Shown in pieces: positions 39,351-53,010 of a DNA stretch of 64,000 nt (within the stretch, counting starts at the first letter, position 1; each line of letters starts with the position of its first letter). The DNA comes from Sphagnum compactum (Eukaryota), in contig OZ234493.1 in assembly GCA_965153455.1 (NCBI GenBank), positions 27,332,213-27,396,212 of the forward strand. The letters are read 5' to 3'. The translations under genes were made by a program, and so were the position numbers. Below the pieces are notes generated by a model that saw only the letters and a list, made by a program, of their open reading frames with translations, made no database searches and was not told the DNA's origin.

Positions 39351-40539
39351 ACCGACCTTGATGAGAATCTCAAACACTCTGGTCTGGCTATTGGGTCATG
39401 AGTTTTACACGATAACATTAGCAATCTAAAGGTCCCACCCTCGGCTCTCATTGACCCAATGATTCTTGGATGAAAATGATGTCAGCTGCACTCTTGGTGG
39501 ATGAGAAGAGTGCATCTCATTCTGGTGGCTCATATGTAAATCAACAGTGGGTAAGACTCTAATGATGTAATAGAGTTATCCCTAAAGTCACCCTGTCTTC
39601 ACCCTGTCTTTGGGCATGCTTTCACACCCTGTCCCCTCTTTCAGATTTTATTAATTCTCAGTATGAAATGCTGAAACTCAGCGTTTAATGCACAGCGTTC
39701 GAGAGTAATTATAGTGGTTTGACATGTAGGAGCAGTGAAAATATATGTAGCAGTAGTGGAGGCGCTCAGGAAAAAGGAAAAGAAGACAGGATATCACTAT
39801 AGAGTTGGTGGAAAAACTAGTCTCTCGGGGTCGTAGTTGTTTCGGTTTTTTGGGAAAATTTTCATTCCCAGTTGTTACGTGTTTGATGCCTTATTATGCC
39901 CAAAACTGGCCGTTCTCATCACCTAATCACGTGTGACTCTGAGGATAACTCTAATGTACTGTGTGCATTGGTAGGTGCTGGTTCACTCTGGCCCTACCAG
40001 AACCCCGTACCATCTCCTGGAAAAATGTCTAACCCTAGCCTAGTGGGCTGGATCATGTGTTCCTAGGTAGGATCATGCCTGTTCCATAGTACAGGATTTT
40101 GGATTGAATTGCTTATCTCTGCAAGCTCATCAAAGACAAGATGAGAGACTCCTAGCCTGCACTTAAAGTTATTCACAAATGTAATTTTGCATGAAATTAT
40201 GCAATTTTTGTGTATCAAACATGAACATTCACGTATGTTATTCAAAAACAATGATTCATTAATTTGAATATTTTAAATATTAAATATAAATAAATATCGT
40301 TCATATTAAGCATAACATAGAATTCATGAGATTTTTGTATGAACCTATGAAAATCAAATTTTACAAAACTTTTAGTTTTACAAAAACTGAAGATGACACT
40401 CAAAATGTGACATGAAAGTGTGCATAAGAAGAAAATAACATAAGAATAAACTCAAATTTCTTTCTCAATCTAGGATGCTTCACTTGTCTATGTGTCTACC
40501 TTAGGCTTACTTATGTTATGAGATACTTAAAAGACTTAA

Positions 40540-41280
40540 GGGGTTACAAAAGACCTACCTGAAGGGTTGGCTTAGGATTTCCTATAGGAACATTTAGGAT
40601 AGGGGTTACCAGGGAACTATCCAGGGTATGAACTATGAAAAGTTCATATCCAGAGGTACGTGCAAGGATTACCTTGGGTGACACTTAGGGGCCTACCTAG
40701 GGTTCACCTAAAGATTATTTAAAAAAACACTTAAGAGCCTATTTAAGTTCTGGGATACCTAAGGATTATTTAAGGAACTATTTTAAGCCTACCTAAGGGG
40801 CTACTTAACGATTATTAAAAGTTAACTTAAGGAAACATCTAGGGACCTATTTAGGTTATGGTATACCTAAGGATTACTTAAGGGGTTGCATAGGGCTTAC
40901 ATACTTATGAGCTATCTACCTACCTACCTATGTCATACCTAAAAGCTACATGGGATTGTTTAGGGGCTTTTCCAAAGACTACATAGGTGCTACCAAGGGC
41001 CTTACCTAGGTCAGGGGATACCTAGGGGTTATTAGAAAAGCTACTTAAGGGATACCTAGGTGGTTACCTATGAACTACCAAAAAGTCACCTAGGGGCCTA
41101 CCTAGGTTATGGGCTATGTAAAATAAGGTCTATCAAGAGTTTACATAGAGACCATTTCAAATGTTAAATAGGGGTTACTTAGGGACCTACCTTAGGGGAT
41201 ATTTAAAGACTATTTAAAAAGCTACATAAGAACTATGAGTTAATCCTACGCAACCCCTTAAATAGCCCCTAGATATTCCA
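40540..41280. repeat. Degenerate CCTAGG/CTTAAG-rich repeat tract
   Basis: Dense tacctagg, acttaagg and ggggttac motifs without a fixed period. Confidence 0.6.
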
Positions 41281-43559
41281 TTGCTTAAAAAACGCATGCA
41301 TGTTCAAAACAAAAAGAAAAAAAAAACATTAAATTTTGAAAAAATGTAACAACTTTTTATTATTATACTTGTTTCCAATCAAAAAATTGCATGAAAAAAC
41401 CATCACAAAATAATTCACACAAAGGAAGGTTTATAGGATAAGTTACCAAAGTTGAAACTAGAGAATTCAATTGTGATTCATTTTCAATTAACTCATAAAA
41501 GGTTGTTAATGGATGGTGCATGGGTGGGTGTTGGATCACATTAATCTACTTCAAACTAACAAACCATTTTTATTGTTGTTGGTTTGAACTCGGTTAATGT
41601 GACTTACTATCGCCAAGATCATGAGTGGTTGAAATTAAGCTTTTAGTCACCCTAGGGGCAAGGGCAATGGCTTATTTAACAAGTGGTCAAAAGTAAGGCC
41701 ACTCGATGATGTGCAACAATTTTTTAAAAGTTGACAAATGACAGGCTTAATGCACAAATGTGGTATTTTTAATTGAGGCTAGGAATCAATCGGATTTCTT
41801 ATCAAGGCAATCATTTATTGCAAACAATGGACATGACAACAATGCAAAAAGAACTAACAACAAATAATCAATTAAACCCTTATTCATGTTTCATATAGAT
41901 TGTATCACAAGTCTCCATCACAAATCATAAAAACTTTGTTGGCCAAAAGAAGAATATGTTAATGTTTACATTGAGCATGTTTTGAATAATCATTTTGTAT
42001 AATTTACAATCTAACAACCTTAAAAAGTGATAATTTCACAAAAAGGTATTGAACCCTAAGGTGCATGAGCTATACAAAAACATGCACCTTCAAATTTTCA
42101 ATTGAAACCATCAAAGCAATATTAAAGTAATGTTTTTTAAGGGTTGAAAACCCTCATTAGGTTCTAACTAGGTTTGGATCAAATAAAATTTTCACAATTC
42201 GGGTCCCAAGGTGGAGATCTTCAATTTGATAACCTTCAAGTAGGGTAATCAATATCTATTAAATAGGTGTATACTTGCTGTGTAAAACCATGTCACTTAC
42301 ATGGTCTAACTCATTACACTTATATTATTTGCAATGCACATGTATTTGTTTTGGAGTGTGAAATGTAAGTGCATATATTACATTCTTGCATTGATTGTAA
42401 CTAGTTGTAATTCGTATACAAGTAGTTGTCAATGAATCTCAATGTGCAATGTACATATTTTGTGATAGGCTGTGACTTTGATTTGCCCTTTACAAAAAGA
42501 ATTAATATTTTTAACACCCCCCAAATCAAATCTTTTATTTTCAATGCAATATTATGGTAGTGTTTCCTATTAGCCCACTCATAAACCATCATGAGCACAT
42601 ATTTGAAAAAAAGATATGGGGCAAATTTTGTGATGCAATTGGGGAATATTTTAGGTGCACATTCTTGGTTGCATCATGGGTCCATGCTACCTTAGTTCAT
42701 TTCATCAAATTATTTTTTATTTATAATTTTGTTCACCACCATTTTTGGCTTAGCTTTTACAAGAGCTTGGGTACCTATTATGACTCATATTAATTAGTTT
42801 AATTAATTGTAGTGCATCCCAAAGTTCAATTTCTCTTTTGTTTCATAGTCATTTTGGTTGATCCATCACCAATTTGTTTCTCCAATTTTGGGCATCCCTC
42901 CCCTGGCCCCCTAAATAGAAGTTACACATATTCACATTGTTTTACACAATTGTGTAATATAACCATGTTCATTTAAATGTATTTGTTTTATGCTTACACT
43001 TCAATGGTTTTTACTTGGCATAATATAAACTTACACAATTTTACACATCTCATGAAATACAATTATACAAATGTAAGTGGGCCTTAAACCATCTCTAGTG
43101 ATGCTCCCCTATTCGTTTTTACATTATTATCTCCACATCCAAGATAAATGTTTCCCCTGCCCACCCATTCCAATGAAGATGTTCAATGAAAGACTATGAA
43201 AATTTCACCAATTGGGCCAATCATTACAATTGGCAAATTGAAGACAATTGTGTCCATTTATTGAAATGTTTGTTACTATCCACAACCTAGGGCATATTTA
43301 GTTAAAAAAAAACACTTTCACACCATTTGATTGCTACATTTCATTCACAATTATATGATATAAAGTTTTTATTATTATGGGTGGAGACAATTTTATACAC
43401 TTATAAGGAATGTAATTCCTAAACCATACACAAGTTTGTTATCTTAAGGTGTAGGTGTAAGATCATTTGACACATCCCTTGATTTGTCAAGTGGTATCAA
43501 TCATAAATAATATCTTTGATTCCTAAGTTTGTAATGGAATGCAAACTTAGGATGCATTC

Positions 43560-44400
43560 TTTAGTTCTCAACAAAAAAGATGTGAGGGTTTCAAGATGGA
43601 ATTAAAATGAATCCTTAAATCAAGTTCATGGATGTGTCAACCTACACAAATCAAACAATAAGGAAATTAATTAATTTTGGAACCAAAATGGTGCATGGAC
43701 AAGCCACATGTTAGCTTAGATTCATGAGACTGATCATGACTTGGTCTGGGGAAAAGGCACCACCTTCATTCATGTAGTATATTACATAGCTCTTCATAAG
43801 GGTTACATTTGAATGTTCATTTTTCGTAAGATTCTTAATCAAGAAGTCCAAGATCTATCAAGTTATGAGTCTTACCATTTTGAAGATTCATAACTTTTTC
43901 ATTTCACCTTTGAATTGACCATAAATTCATAACTTTTAGCCTTCAAAATAGTTTTCTATCAACATATCAAGTTCTTCAATCAAATGGGATTTGACATTTC
44001 AAATTGTCATTTAATTGTTCAATAGTCATTGTGGTAGTTTGAATCCTAACCTTTCAAATGACCATAACCATTGTTACACATATTATTATTGAGAACATAA
44101 CTTCACTTTATTGTGAATTGTTCAAGAATTTTGCAATAATTTAAAGTGGGCCCAAGTTGGACAAGGTTTCATCCCCCAAACTTTGATTCAAAAATTTGAA
44201 ACACCTTACAATTAGTACTTCCAACTCTAAAAACTAGAAACATGTTTGGGAGTTTTGGGGGTTCCTCTTTTACAATTTCATACATTGCCCTTTCACAAAA
44301 AGACAATGTTTAGGTTCACAAGATGCTTTAGACTTCTTTCAACTTGTTTCCTTTACCATGCCAAAGCTTGTGAGTTGGAAGTTAAGGTCATGATTAGTAT
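43560..44400 (-). mobile_element. Degenerate copy of the solo-LTR family at 19184-20102
   Basis: 43690-43770 (gtgcatggacaagccac...ggcaccaccttc) is the reverse complement of about 19795-19872. Further similarity extends to about 44390. Confidence 0.6.
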
Positions 44401-47400
44401 TGGCTAGTTCATTGTTTTTTAAAAAACTTGTGATCTTGGGTTTATTTTTTGTTTTAATTTGGTACCTTTGGGTAAGGTTATTTATTATTAAAATTTTTTT
44501 TGTTAAGCTTTGGATAAGGTCAATTTTTGTTTCCAAAACAAATTAATTATCAGGTAAAGTGGTATTTAAAAAAAGAAATGATTTTGGTTATAGTTCAATT
44601 TTAGGGTTATTAATCAAAATTTAAAAACATTAATTATTATTGCAAGTATGTTTTCAAACAAATCACAAGTGTTCTATTCAAATAGTTATCCACTCCCATT
44701 CAATCATCAACAAAAGAGATCATGGAGCACAAATTGAAATTTATAATCATGCGTAAAAATGTTTAATGTTAATAAGTTGGCCCAAGGATTTTAAAGAGTT
44801 AGTTTGAATTATGGTTCCTTGCATATTCTAAAAAGACAATTAAATGTGAACACAAAGAAATCAAACTCACAATTAGATGTGAAATTAGTGTAAATAAAAA
44901 AATGGGGTATGCCTCACTTCTATAACATATCCAAAGTTTTACAATCTACTTTTAAATTGGCATAAATTTAACTTTCTTTTTATGTTGCATGGGTAGTGAA
45001 CACCACAAGAATTAGAAGATTTTGTAAGCGTCATCTTTGAGCAAATATTGTGAGTTTAAACCTGAAATTTTGAATCACACATTTCTTTTCATGCATATTC
45101 TACTCTACAACATGTTTGCCCATATGCACCTAAGTGTTCATCACTTTCATATGGTTTTCCAAAAGTCCATGAGGAACCTACACAAATAAACAACATTAGA
45201 ATTGTTAAAGTGCATCAAAGTAAACATATTAATCATATAACAAAAAACTAAAACATATGTAAACCTAGTCAAAAATCTCTAAAACCAACATTGAACACTA
45301 GAATGAAAAGCAATCCAAACTTGCATTTTCCAACACACAATTGTCAAATTTGATGTCTCAGATTTGCACAAACACACACTTCCCATTTCTTCTCTTTTTC
45401 TCTCCCTCCCCTCATAAGTATATATATATTTTTTCTTCACAAACACACCATAAGCATCATGAAGAAGAAGAAGCCATGAACAAAAAGGAAAAGAGAAGAA
45501 AGTTTGGTGTGCTTCCCTTTTTCAGTCTACTTTTTCACAAGACTTCCCCTATTGATGGTTTTGGATTTTGTACTCCTTTGCAAGGGATGAACAACAATCT
45601 CAACTCCTTCACGATGACTATCTTGAGTCCTTTATGATGATGATCCCTTCTTTCTTCCACAACCAACATAGTTTTTGGATATGTGTGGATTGTGGAAAAG
45701 AGTAGTGATAAGCAAAACAACAAAGACAAGTGGAAGAGAGAGAGGAGGAAGAAGGTGGAGGCAAATAGGAAGTGCAACTCCAGGAAAGTTTAGTGGAAAG
45801 TTGGAAAGCTCAAACAACTGAAAATTATAGGTTCAAGACAAAAGAAAAACCCTAAATCTAGATGGAAAAAGAAATAAGGAGCACTGGTTTAGGTCTGTGC
45901 CCTTACCCAAGCAGAGGTGGGTACAAGGTTCTAGTATTTTAGCTAGTTCTAATACAAAGGCAAGTACAATTAGCTGTTTAGCTAGTTTTGCTATGTAGAC
46001 AAGTACAAGGTTTAGGTTTTTCATCTCCAAAACCAAACCTGCTGGTTCTAAAATGCCCATGCAAATAACCTTCCAAAACTAGTCACAACATCACTCCTCT
46101 TTTCTATTCAAAGAGGGATATATTCATGTGCAAGGAAAAGCCTTAGGGTGAAGGCATTCCCCAAATTAAGGGGCCTTGGATGAGGTGATAGTTGAGTTTG
46201 ACCCCACATTTTGTTAATGTCCACTACCCATGGGCTTGCCACGGTTACAATTCTACACTTTGTAGCACATAGAAATTCTAGGTCAGGCCAACTAAAGATT
46301 TTTGGAATAAATTATTGTCAATAAGGCTACTTCACAAGAAGGAACTAAAATTCCTTGTGTTTTCCTGTATGAATTTTGCAAAAGCTTTGGTTGCATAACA
46401 ACATTTCAAAATTGTGCGTGTTATTGCACAGGGTTTGGTCATGTTGACAAACAGACATCCCTTGTGACTGCTGACAACCAGGTATATAATAGAGGCAAGA
46501 GGGGTGGATTCTATGGACTAGGAAACCACTGGGAGGTTGTCAGTTACCAAACATAACCTACTGTTCAGAGGTTTTGAGAGCAATGCATAACTCTCCTTGG
46601 AAAAGTCTCAATTACTCTGATGGTTGGGTTCTTGAATGACTGTTTCTACAGAATGTTTACACATGTATTGGTGCAGGGGGATGAGGCAGAGGGTGAAGAT
46701 AAACATGAAACGATGCTTCAGATGGTAACAATGAAGGCTGAAGAGTAAGAATAGTGCTCTTCTCCACAAAACTAATCAACAATAGCCAAGCAGAAGTCAG
46801 ACAACGATATCAATTGAGACAACAAAGGTTATCTGTATCCATGTGTGTGGCATGTTTCTATAGCTTGATGAAAACTGAGCATCTGAATCGTCTGAGCATG
46901 ATATGGTACGTTCTTGAATTTTGGATCTTGAAAATGTATAAAAACAACTTCGCTTCCACAATCTTTGGTACAATTGGTAAGCTGTTTACTTACACATCCA
47001 AATTGCTTGCAGCAGCTGGGGATGTCTTCATGTAGCTTTCAAATGATAAGAACCATGTTCAAAACATCGTTGTCCAAGCAGTAGCAACATCTCACTATTG
47101 GACAAGGTTCTGTCTGTCTGTCTGGTCTGGTCTGTGAGACTGAATTGAAGATGATGAAAAAGCAAGAACTCAATCAAGCCATGAGCTACTTGAGAGATTT
47201 GCAAACATGGGTTGTTGCACCTACCTAGTAGTGCAGCAGCAGGTGTGCAAAACAGAACATAGGGGCAAGTTCTCTTCTGTGTGGGAACAAAATCAAGCGC
47301 CAATGACCTCAACAGATTTAAAGGTCTTCTGAATGTTCAGACATATAACAAAACTGACAGCCTCAGCAATACAGCATATGAGATAAGTTTTATGATTGAA

Positions 47401-47932
47401 ATAACTGAGGAATCACTGTGAAAAGCTTGAGACTCTTATGCATGTGTTGCCAGGGCCCCCTTAAAACATTTGAACCAGCAGTGAGTCAAGAGGATGTTTG
47501 TAATAGTACCTTTTGTTGTCATGATGGAAACCAACTTGCTGCCAGATGATGCCATTGAACTCAAGCTGCCCCATGGCCCCTTGTGATGATTAACAGCAGC
47601 TACAGGGCTTCCACCCCATAGGGTTCTTGTTAAGTTGAAGGCTGCTGTGTTTGTGTCTTTCTGGTCACTGCAGCAGACTTAACAATGACACAAAGAGACC
47701 AGAACTGTGTCTGTCACTGTCTGACCACTGCAGCAGGCTTAACAATGACACAAAGATTGAAACTCTGCAATGCCCCTTGAAAGCTTGCGCCTTTGATGTG
47801 ACAAAACTCAATGTTAAATAGCACTTTTCTAATCCAATTAGCCCTTAGAAGACAGACTGGTGGAAAAGAGCACTCTATGCAATGAACAAAGTGGAGAGGA
47901 CCAGAGTTGCAGACTGACCAGTAACCATTCAG

Positions 47933-50050
47933 TTACATCATTGAAGTACTGCCTGCAACAATCTCCAAAATCTCTCCTGTGATCTTAGCTTGACGCTGCC
48001 TGTTGTAAGAGATCATCAGATCCTTCTTCAGTGTTGAAGCATTGTCACTGGCACTGTTCATAGCATTCATGCGAGCAGCGAGTTCACTTGCAATGGACTC
48101 TTGCAATGCTCCCAAAATCTGGCTGTTCAAGTAGAGGGGCAAAAGTGCATCAAGGATTTGCACAGGTTCTTGCTCAAACAGCATGAGTGCATTCAGCTTG
48201 GGTGTGTCCGTTGGCAGACTATCCCTCTCCACAGAAAATCTCCCTTCCTTGGTCGTGAGTCTGAATATCTCATCATCCACCGCATCCACACAGTTCCCAT
48301 TCATGTCATAGACTTCCCCTTGAGGGGATAGAGGGAGAAGAGTGTGAATAACAGGATTTGACTTGATAAGGGACACAAACCTTGTGTAGAGAAGCTCAAC
48401 TTTGTCAACATCTTCACTTACAAAGAGTGAAAAGAGCTCATCTGCAATGGCTTGAGCATCTTTGGTTGTTGGAGTATATCCAGTATCAAGAAACCTGTCT
48501 ACTTGGATATCAGGCCTTCTCCTGAAGTAACTTTTCCCTTTCTTCCCAACACTGATGACTGTGTAGTCAACACCAATCTTCTGCAGCTGCACCATCCTCT
48601 CAGCAGCCTTCTTAAGGATTATATTGTTAAAGCCACCACAAAGGCCACGGTCACCCGTCAATATCACAAGAGCAATCTTCTTCACGGGCCTCACCTGAAA
48701 TTGTTGGGAGAAGAATTTGGGTCATGAAGTTTACATGATAGAAAGTGAGGGTTAGAGAATGCTGGTCTTCTCTGATGCATTAGAGAGATGCTGCAAAACA
48801 ACTTAAATGCAACTTTTCAAAGGTGAAAGCTAAAACACTTGAATCCCAAACCTTGATTCATGTGGTTGAAATTGTCCTGATACATAAAGCAAAGAACAGA
48901 AGGAGTTGCCAAGAGCAACCGTCCCCTGTGCCAGCCAGTATTGTTTGGTAGATGTCAAGCCATTAACATAGATGTCCACATGCACAAACAGAGTTGATTC
49001 TATTTCCATTGATGCATGGCAAAATCATTAGAATTTCTCTCTGAGGCTGTTGGATGACACCATTGCAACAGAAGATAAGGACCATAGCCACTCCAAAACC
49101 AGAGAAATTTCATTTCTGGAGGCAGAGGCTAAGCATATTTTATCTCTGCATCAACATGCTGCTGAATGTCTTGCCATCAGACCCCATAACGAGATGCCCT
49201 TGAGAGAGAACTACTGGACCAAAATGCAAAAGCAAAGATCTAGTTCCTTTACTCTGCTGCAATTTATGCAAAAGCGTTTAGCAGCGGGCATTATGCGTTA
49301 AGGTTGCACATATCCTCAGCCATGCAGGATGAGAGGAAAGCAGAATATTGCATTACCCAACCGGGCTTAACTTCCCTCTGATGATGCATCCGTTATGATC
49401 TTCTCGCAATTAACATACATTACTGGACCATCGTGCAGTGAATTGAGCACAACAGATTGTGAATGTCTTCAGTTCGAAACTACAGCGCACGACGTACAAA
49501 GAAGAAGTTGCAATCGCAGAGAGCAAAGAGAGGCTTTCCCTTTGGATACTGAGAACTGGATATTAAGCTACAAAAGCCATGCATAACGTTATCGTACCTG
49601 CGTCAAAGGCATGTCTATGTCCTCATTCTGAAGACAAGAATTCACATGGAAGAGGACCTTGACGAGGTTGTGCGAGAAAGGACGACTGTTCACCACCGCT
49701 TCTTGTGCCTTGCGCACCTTGGCAGCGGCCACGAGTCTCATGGCATCGGCGATCTTCTGCGTGTTCTTCACTGTTTGAATCCGATCCCTGAAATCTTTCA
49801 TCGCGCAAACCAACGCAGCAGCAGGCCTTCTTCTTCTTCCTCTCTCTCGTCTTTTCTTCTCGACCGCGACAGGCGAGTGACTGAAATCGCTCCTTGACGA
49901 CATCGAGCGCCTTGAAAGATCGTCAAAGGTGACATATGTTCCCAAACAGCCTCCTCCATCAGCTTTCCCGCCACCGTTTTGTCGATATCTTTCGCGAAAA
50001 TGCATCTCTGGTGGCATGAAAAGCACGGATCTGCACAGCAGAGAATCCAT
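47933..50050 (-). CDS. atpC: Chloroplast ATP synthase gamma subunit, divergent paralog; exons 50050-49598 and 48694-47933 (~404 aa)
   Basis: FRDRIQTVKNTQKIADAMRLVAAAKVRKAQEAV, TGDRGLCGGFN, the plastid-type insert TLLPLSPQGEVYDMNGNCVDAVDDEIFRLTT, and RQAKITGEILEIVAG. The phase-0 intron 49597-48695 has GT..AG ends. Confidence 0.95.
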
Positions 50051-52543
50051 TGAACTGCGGGTTGCAGATCCGGAGCAACCCTGATTTCCAGAGCACGAAA
50101 AGATTTGCAATTTCGCACTGCCCTACTTTCACAAAGAAGACACCGCCGCTACTACCCCGGTGAAGGAAGGGGGGGAAGCGAAAGACCGGGCCGGGTCGGT
50201 CATGGGAGTTCCACCAAAACCGACTCGACCTTCTACAGAGTAGAGTATGCCATTGTATGAATTAGCAGCTCCAGCTTCGTGGATGTTTTCCATCTGAAAG
50301 GGGATGCTCCCTCATTCACAAAGACAACTTCCAGGGATTCTAATTTCTTGTCTTCCTCATGACGAAACATTGGTTGGCTCTCGACTATGAACATTTGCAG
50401 TATGCACTCTCTGAGATCACCTAGTGCAACATAACCAACCGATTGTGACAAATTTGATTGTAGGGCGCATCTTGTTAACGTGGCATCACACCGTTGGACA
50501 AGAGCTCTCCAGGTATTTCACAATATTTTTCTGTTCTCCTGACATTTTCATACCTTCCTAATAACATTTGACACATTCTTAGTAGTTGGTTGGCTAAACC
50601 TCATAACTCACCCTCTTCTGTGTCCCATAACCTGTGTACACTTCAGTTCAACCTCCAGAAACAATTTTGTCCCTGAAGAGGAAGCCAAGTTGTTCAATTT
50701 CTTTTGCCATTTTTAAATCTTGCATGTCAATGAGTTCCTTGAACCATTGGTCTCATCAAATGGGTTACCTCAAAGGCACATTTTACAAGCCAAAATAATA
50801 AACAATCACAGTGCTTAAAATTTAGCACTTTCATTCTCATAGCTAACCATGGTGATTAGCTAGGTACAAACCATCTGCATGCCATCTACCTACCTAGTTG
50901 GTTGTCACCAAGCGCTTTACTTAGTTTCTCTACCTTCTTACTTATCTATAATACTTGTTTTTCTTTTGATTTTCACTCTTACACAGCACAAGCAAAATGA
51001 AACAAAAATTTCTGTCAGTGATTTAGGGTGGGTAACTCCCCAGGAGCAGAGTTTTCCTAACCTAAGCATCCCCTCTACCATGGGCAGGCACAGTACTTGG
51101 GGGAATGCCCCGCTCCTGGGGCATTACCCTACTGTATGCACAGAATGTGAACATGATACAATGTAAGAGTAATGAACTCATGATAATGAATCAATGTTGA
51201 ATGAACTGGAATTCAGAAGTGTGAGGACTGATATTCATTTCATGCGAGTTGCACAATTATAAATATGGCCCCTAGGTAGATCTTTTTTTTTTAATATGAG
51301 GATTTTTGAAAGATAACATTTTTTTGGCTTGTGTTGAAACTTGAGATTAGTTAGATTATGATATCTAGAAGGATTTTGGTTTGTTTAAGAGGATTTTTTT
51401 GAAGATTATATACATTTGCATGGTGAAAATTTGAGTTTTCATAGTTCTTCTTTTGCCTTAAGATATTTTTAATGTAAATGGCCAGGCCACAGTGTGACGC
51501 ACCCCTTGTTTACATTTGTATCAGAATCTCCATTGTTGACACTTCCAAAAAGCTTTGGAGTCCAATGAACTTGGAAATTTTGATTGGTGTTTCAGTCTCC
51601 TCTTATAACAAGTGAATCTGCTGGGCCGTATCAAGTTGCAAGCAATTCTGAAAAGATGACTCTTAACTCAATCCAAAGTATGAAGTAAGTTTGCAATTTA
51701 TTAGCTACAAAAAGCTAAACATGTGAAACCTGAATCCTAAGTTGTCTTCAAAATTTGTGTTTCCAACTTGATTAGTTCATGGTTGCTTGTTTAAGTCACT
51801 CCAAACCTCAGAAGCATATATGTATATATATATGAAAGCAAGCTACGGCCTTCCACCCACTACTCGAACCTCATTTATTGTGATAAAATAGTGAGAGAGT
51901 GTTTTCATGTCTTTGAAACTTTTCACAACTCTGGACTAGACAGAATAAATTGCATCTGCTAGTTAAAGTGGCAATCAGTGTTGAGACGGAGCCAGGTTCC
52001 TTGGACATCCAATTGCAGTTTAAAATTTTGTGCTAACATCCAACGAACAGGGACATAACATGTGTTGGGCAACAATAATGATCGGAGCCATCTCTGATCC
52101 CCTTCAAGAGTCGAACACAACCAACTCTGAATATTTATTTATTCTATTCCCTCTGAATAAATAGTTTCCCTCACATCGGGCCATCTGCCTTTGAATTAAA
52201 TATTGGAGTCCCAGAATTTCAGTTAATTTCCTTTTTGACAAAACTGACTTGGCTTTACCATACACAACCCACTTGCCCTGGCCCAGCCCCCACCCCAAAA
52301 AAGAAAAAAGAAAAAAAGAAAAAAGCAAAGCCAATTAAAAGAAAATCTTTGCAAGGTGCTACAAAAGCTGGAAAGAAAAAGAGCCCCATAGTCCATGTTA
52401 CATTTCCTGTGGTCCAATGGTTGGGATGTACACGCTTAACTGACAAGACCCGAGTTCAAACCCAGGGGGATACACCATTCAATTCCACCACTCACCAGGC
52501 ATTCCAGCCTATCTGGAACCTAGCCTACGAGTATCCTGATCTC

Positions 52544-52580
52544 CACGTGTCGATCATCTATTGGTCGACCTGGGCTTATC
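52544..52580 (+). promoter_or_regulatory. Putative G-box (CACGTG) and I-box core (CTTATC) upstream of psbY
   Basis: ccacgtgtc at 52543-52551 and cttatc at 52575-52580. This pairing is typical of light-regulated promoters; motif match only. Confidence 0.4.
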
Positions 52581-53010
52581 TCTCGAGGACGTAATCGGGG
52601 AAGTGCGAGGTTTGTCTCGTCGCGTTGCGTCGCTGCTGCTCTTGCGGATCTGCAATTCGGATTTCACACTATTGATATTTGTTTCTTCGCAACGTTTCGT
52701 TCTGTGCTATTCAATTCATCATCGTCAAGTACGTGAAGTCTTTTTCCGGTTTTTTTCCCGCTTTCATTTGATCCTATTTTGGCTTTCTACGGTCGTTTGT
52801 GGAGTTGGATATGGAGGTTTGAGGTTTGGGAATGGTTTTGTTTTTTTGTTGTTGTGAGAATAGGAAGAGGATAGCGTCTGGGAAGATTGATTAGATTTCG
52901 TTTGCGGGTTTTGGGGAATTGGGTTTTCTCGTTGCAAGGAGAAGAAGAAGTGATTGATGGCTTCTTTGGATGTGGTGGGTGTTGTGGAGTAGGTGAAGAA
53001 TTGGAGCAGG

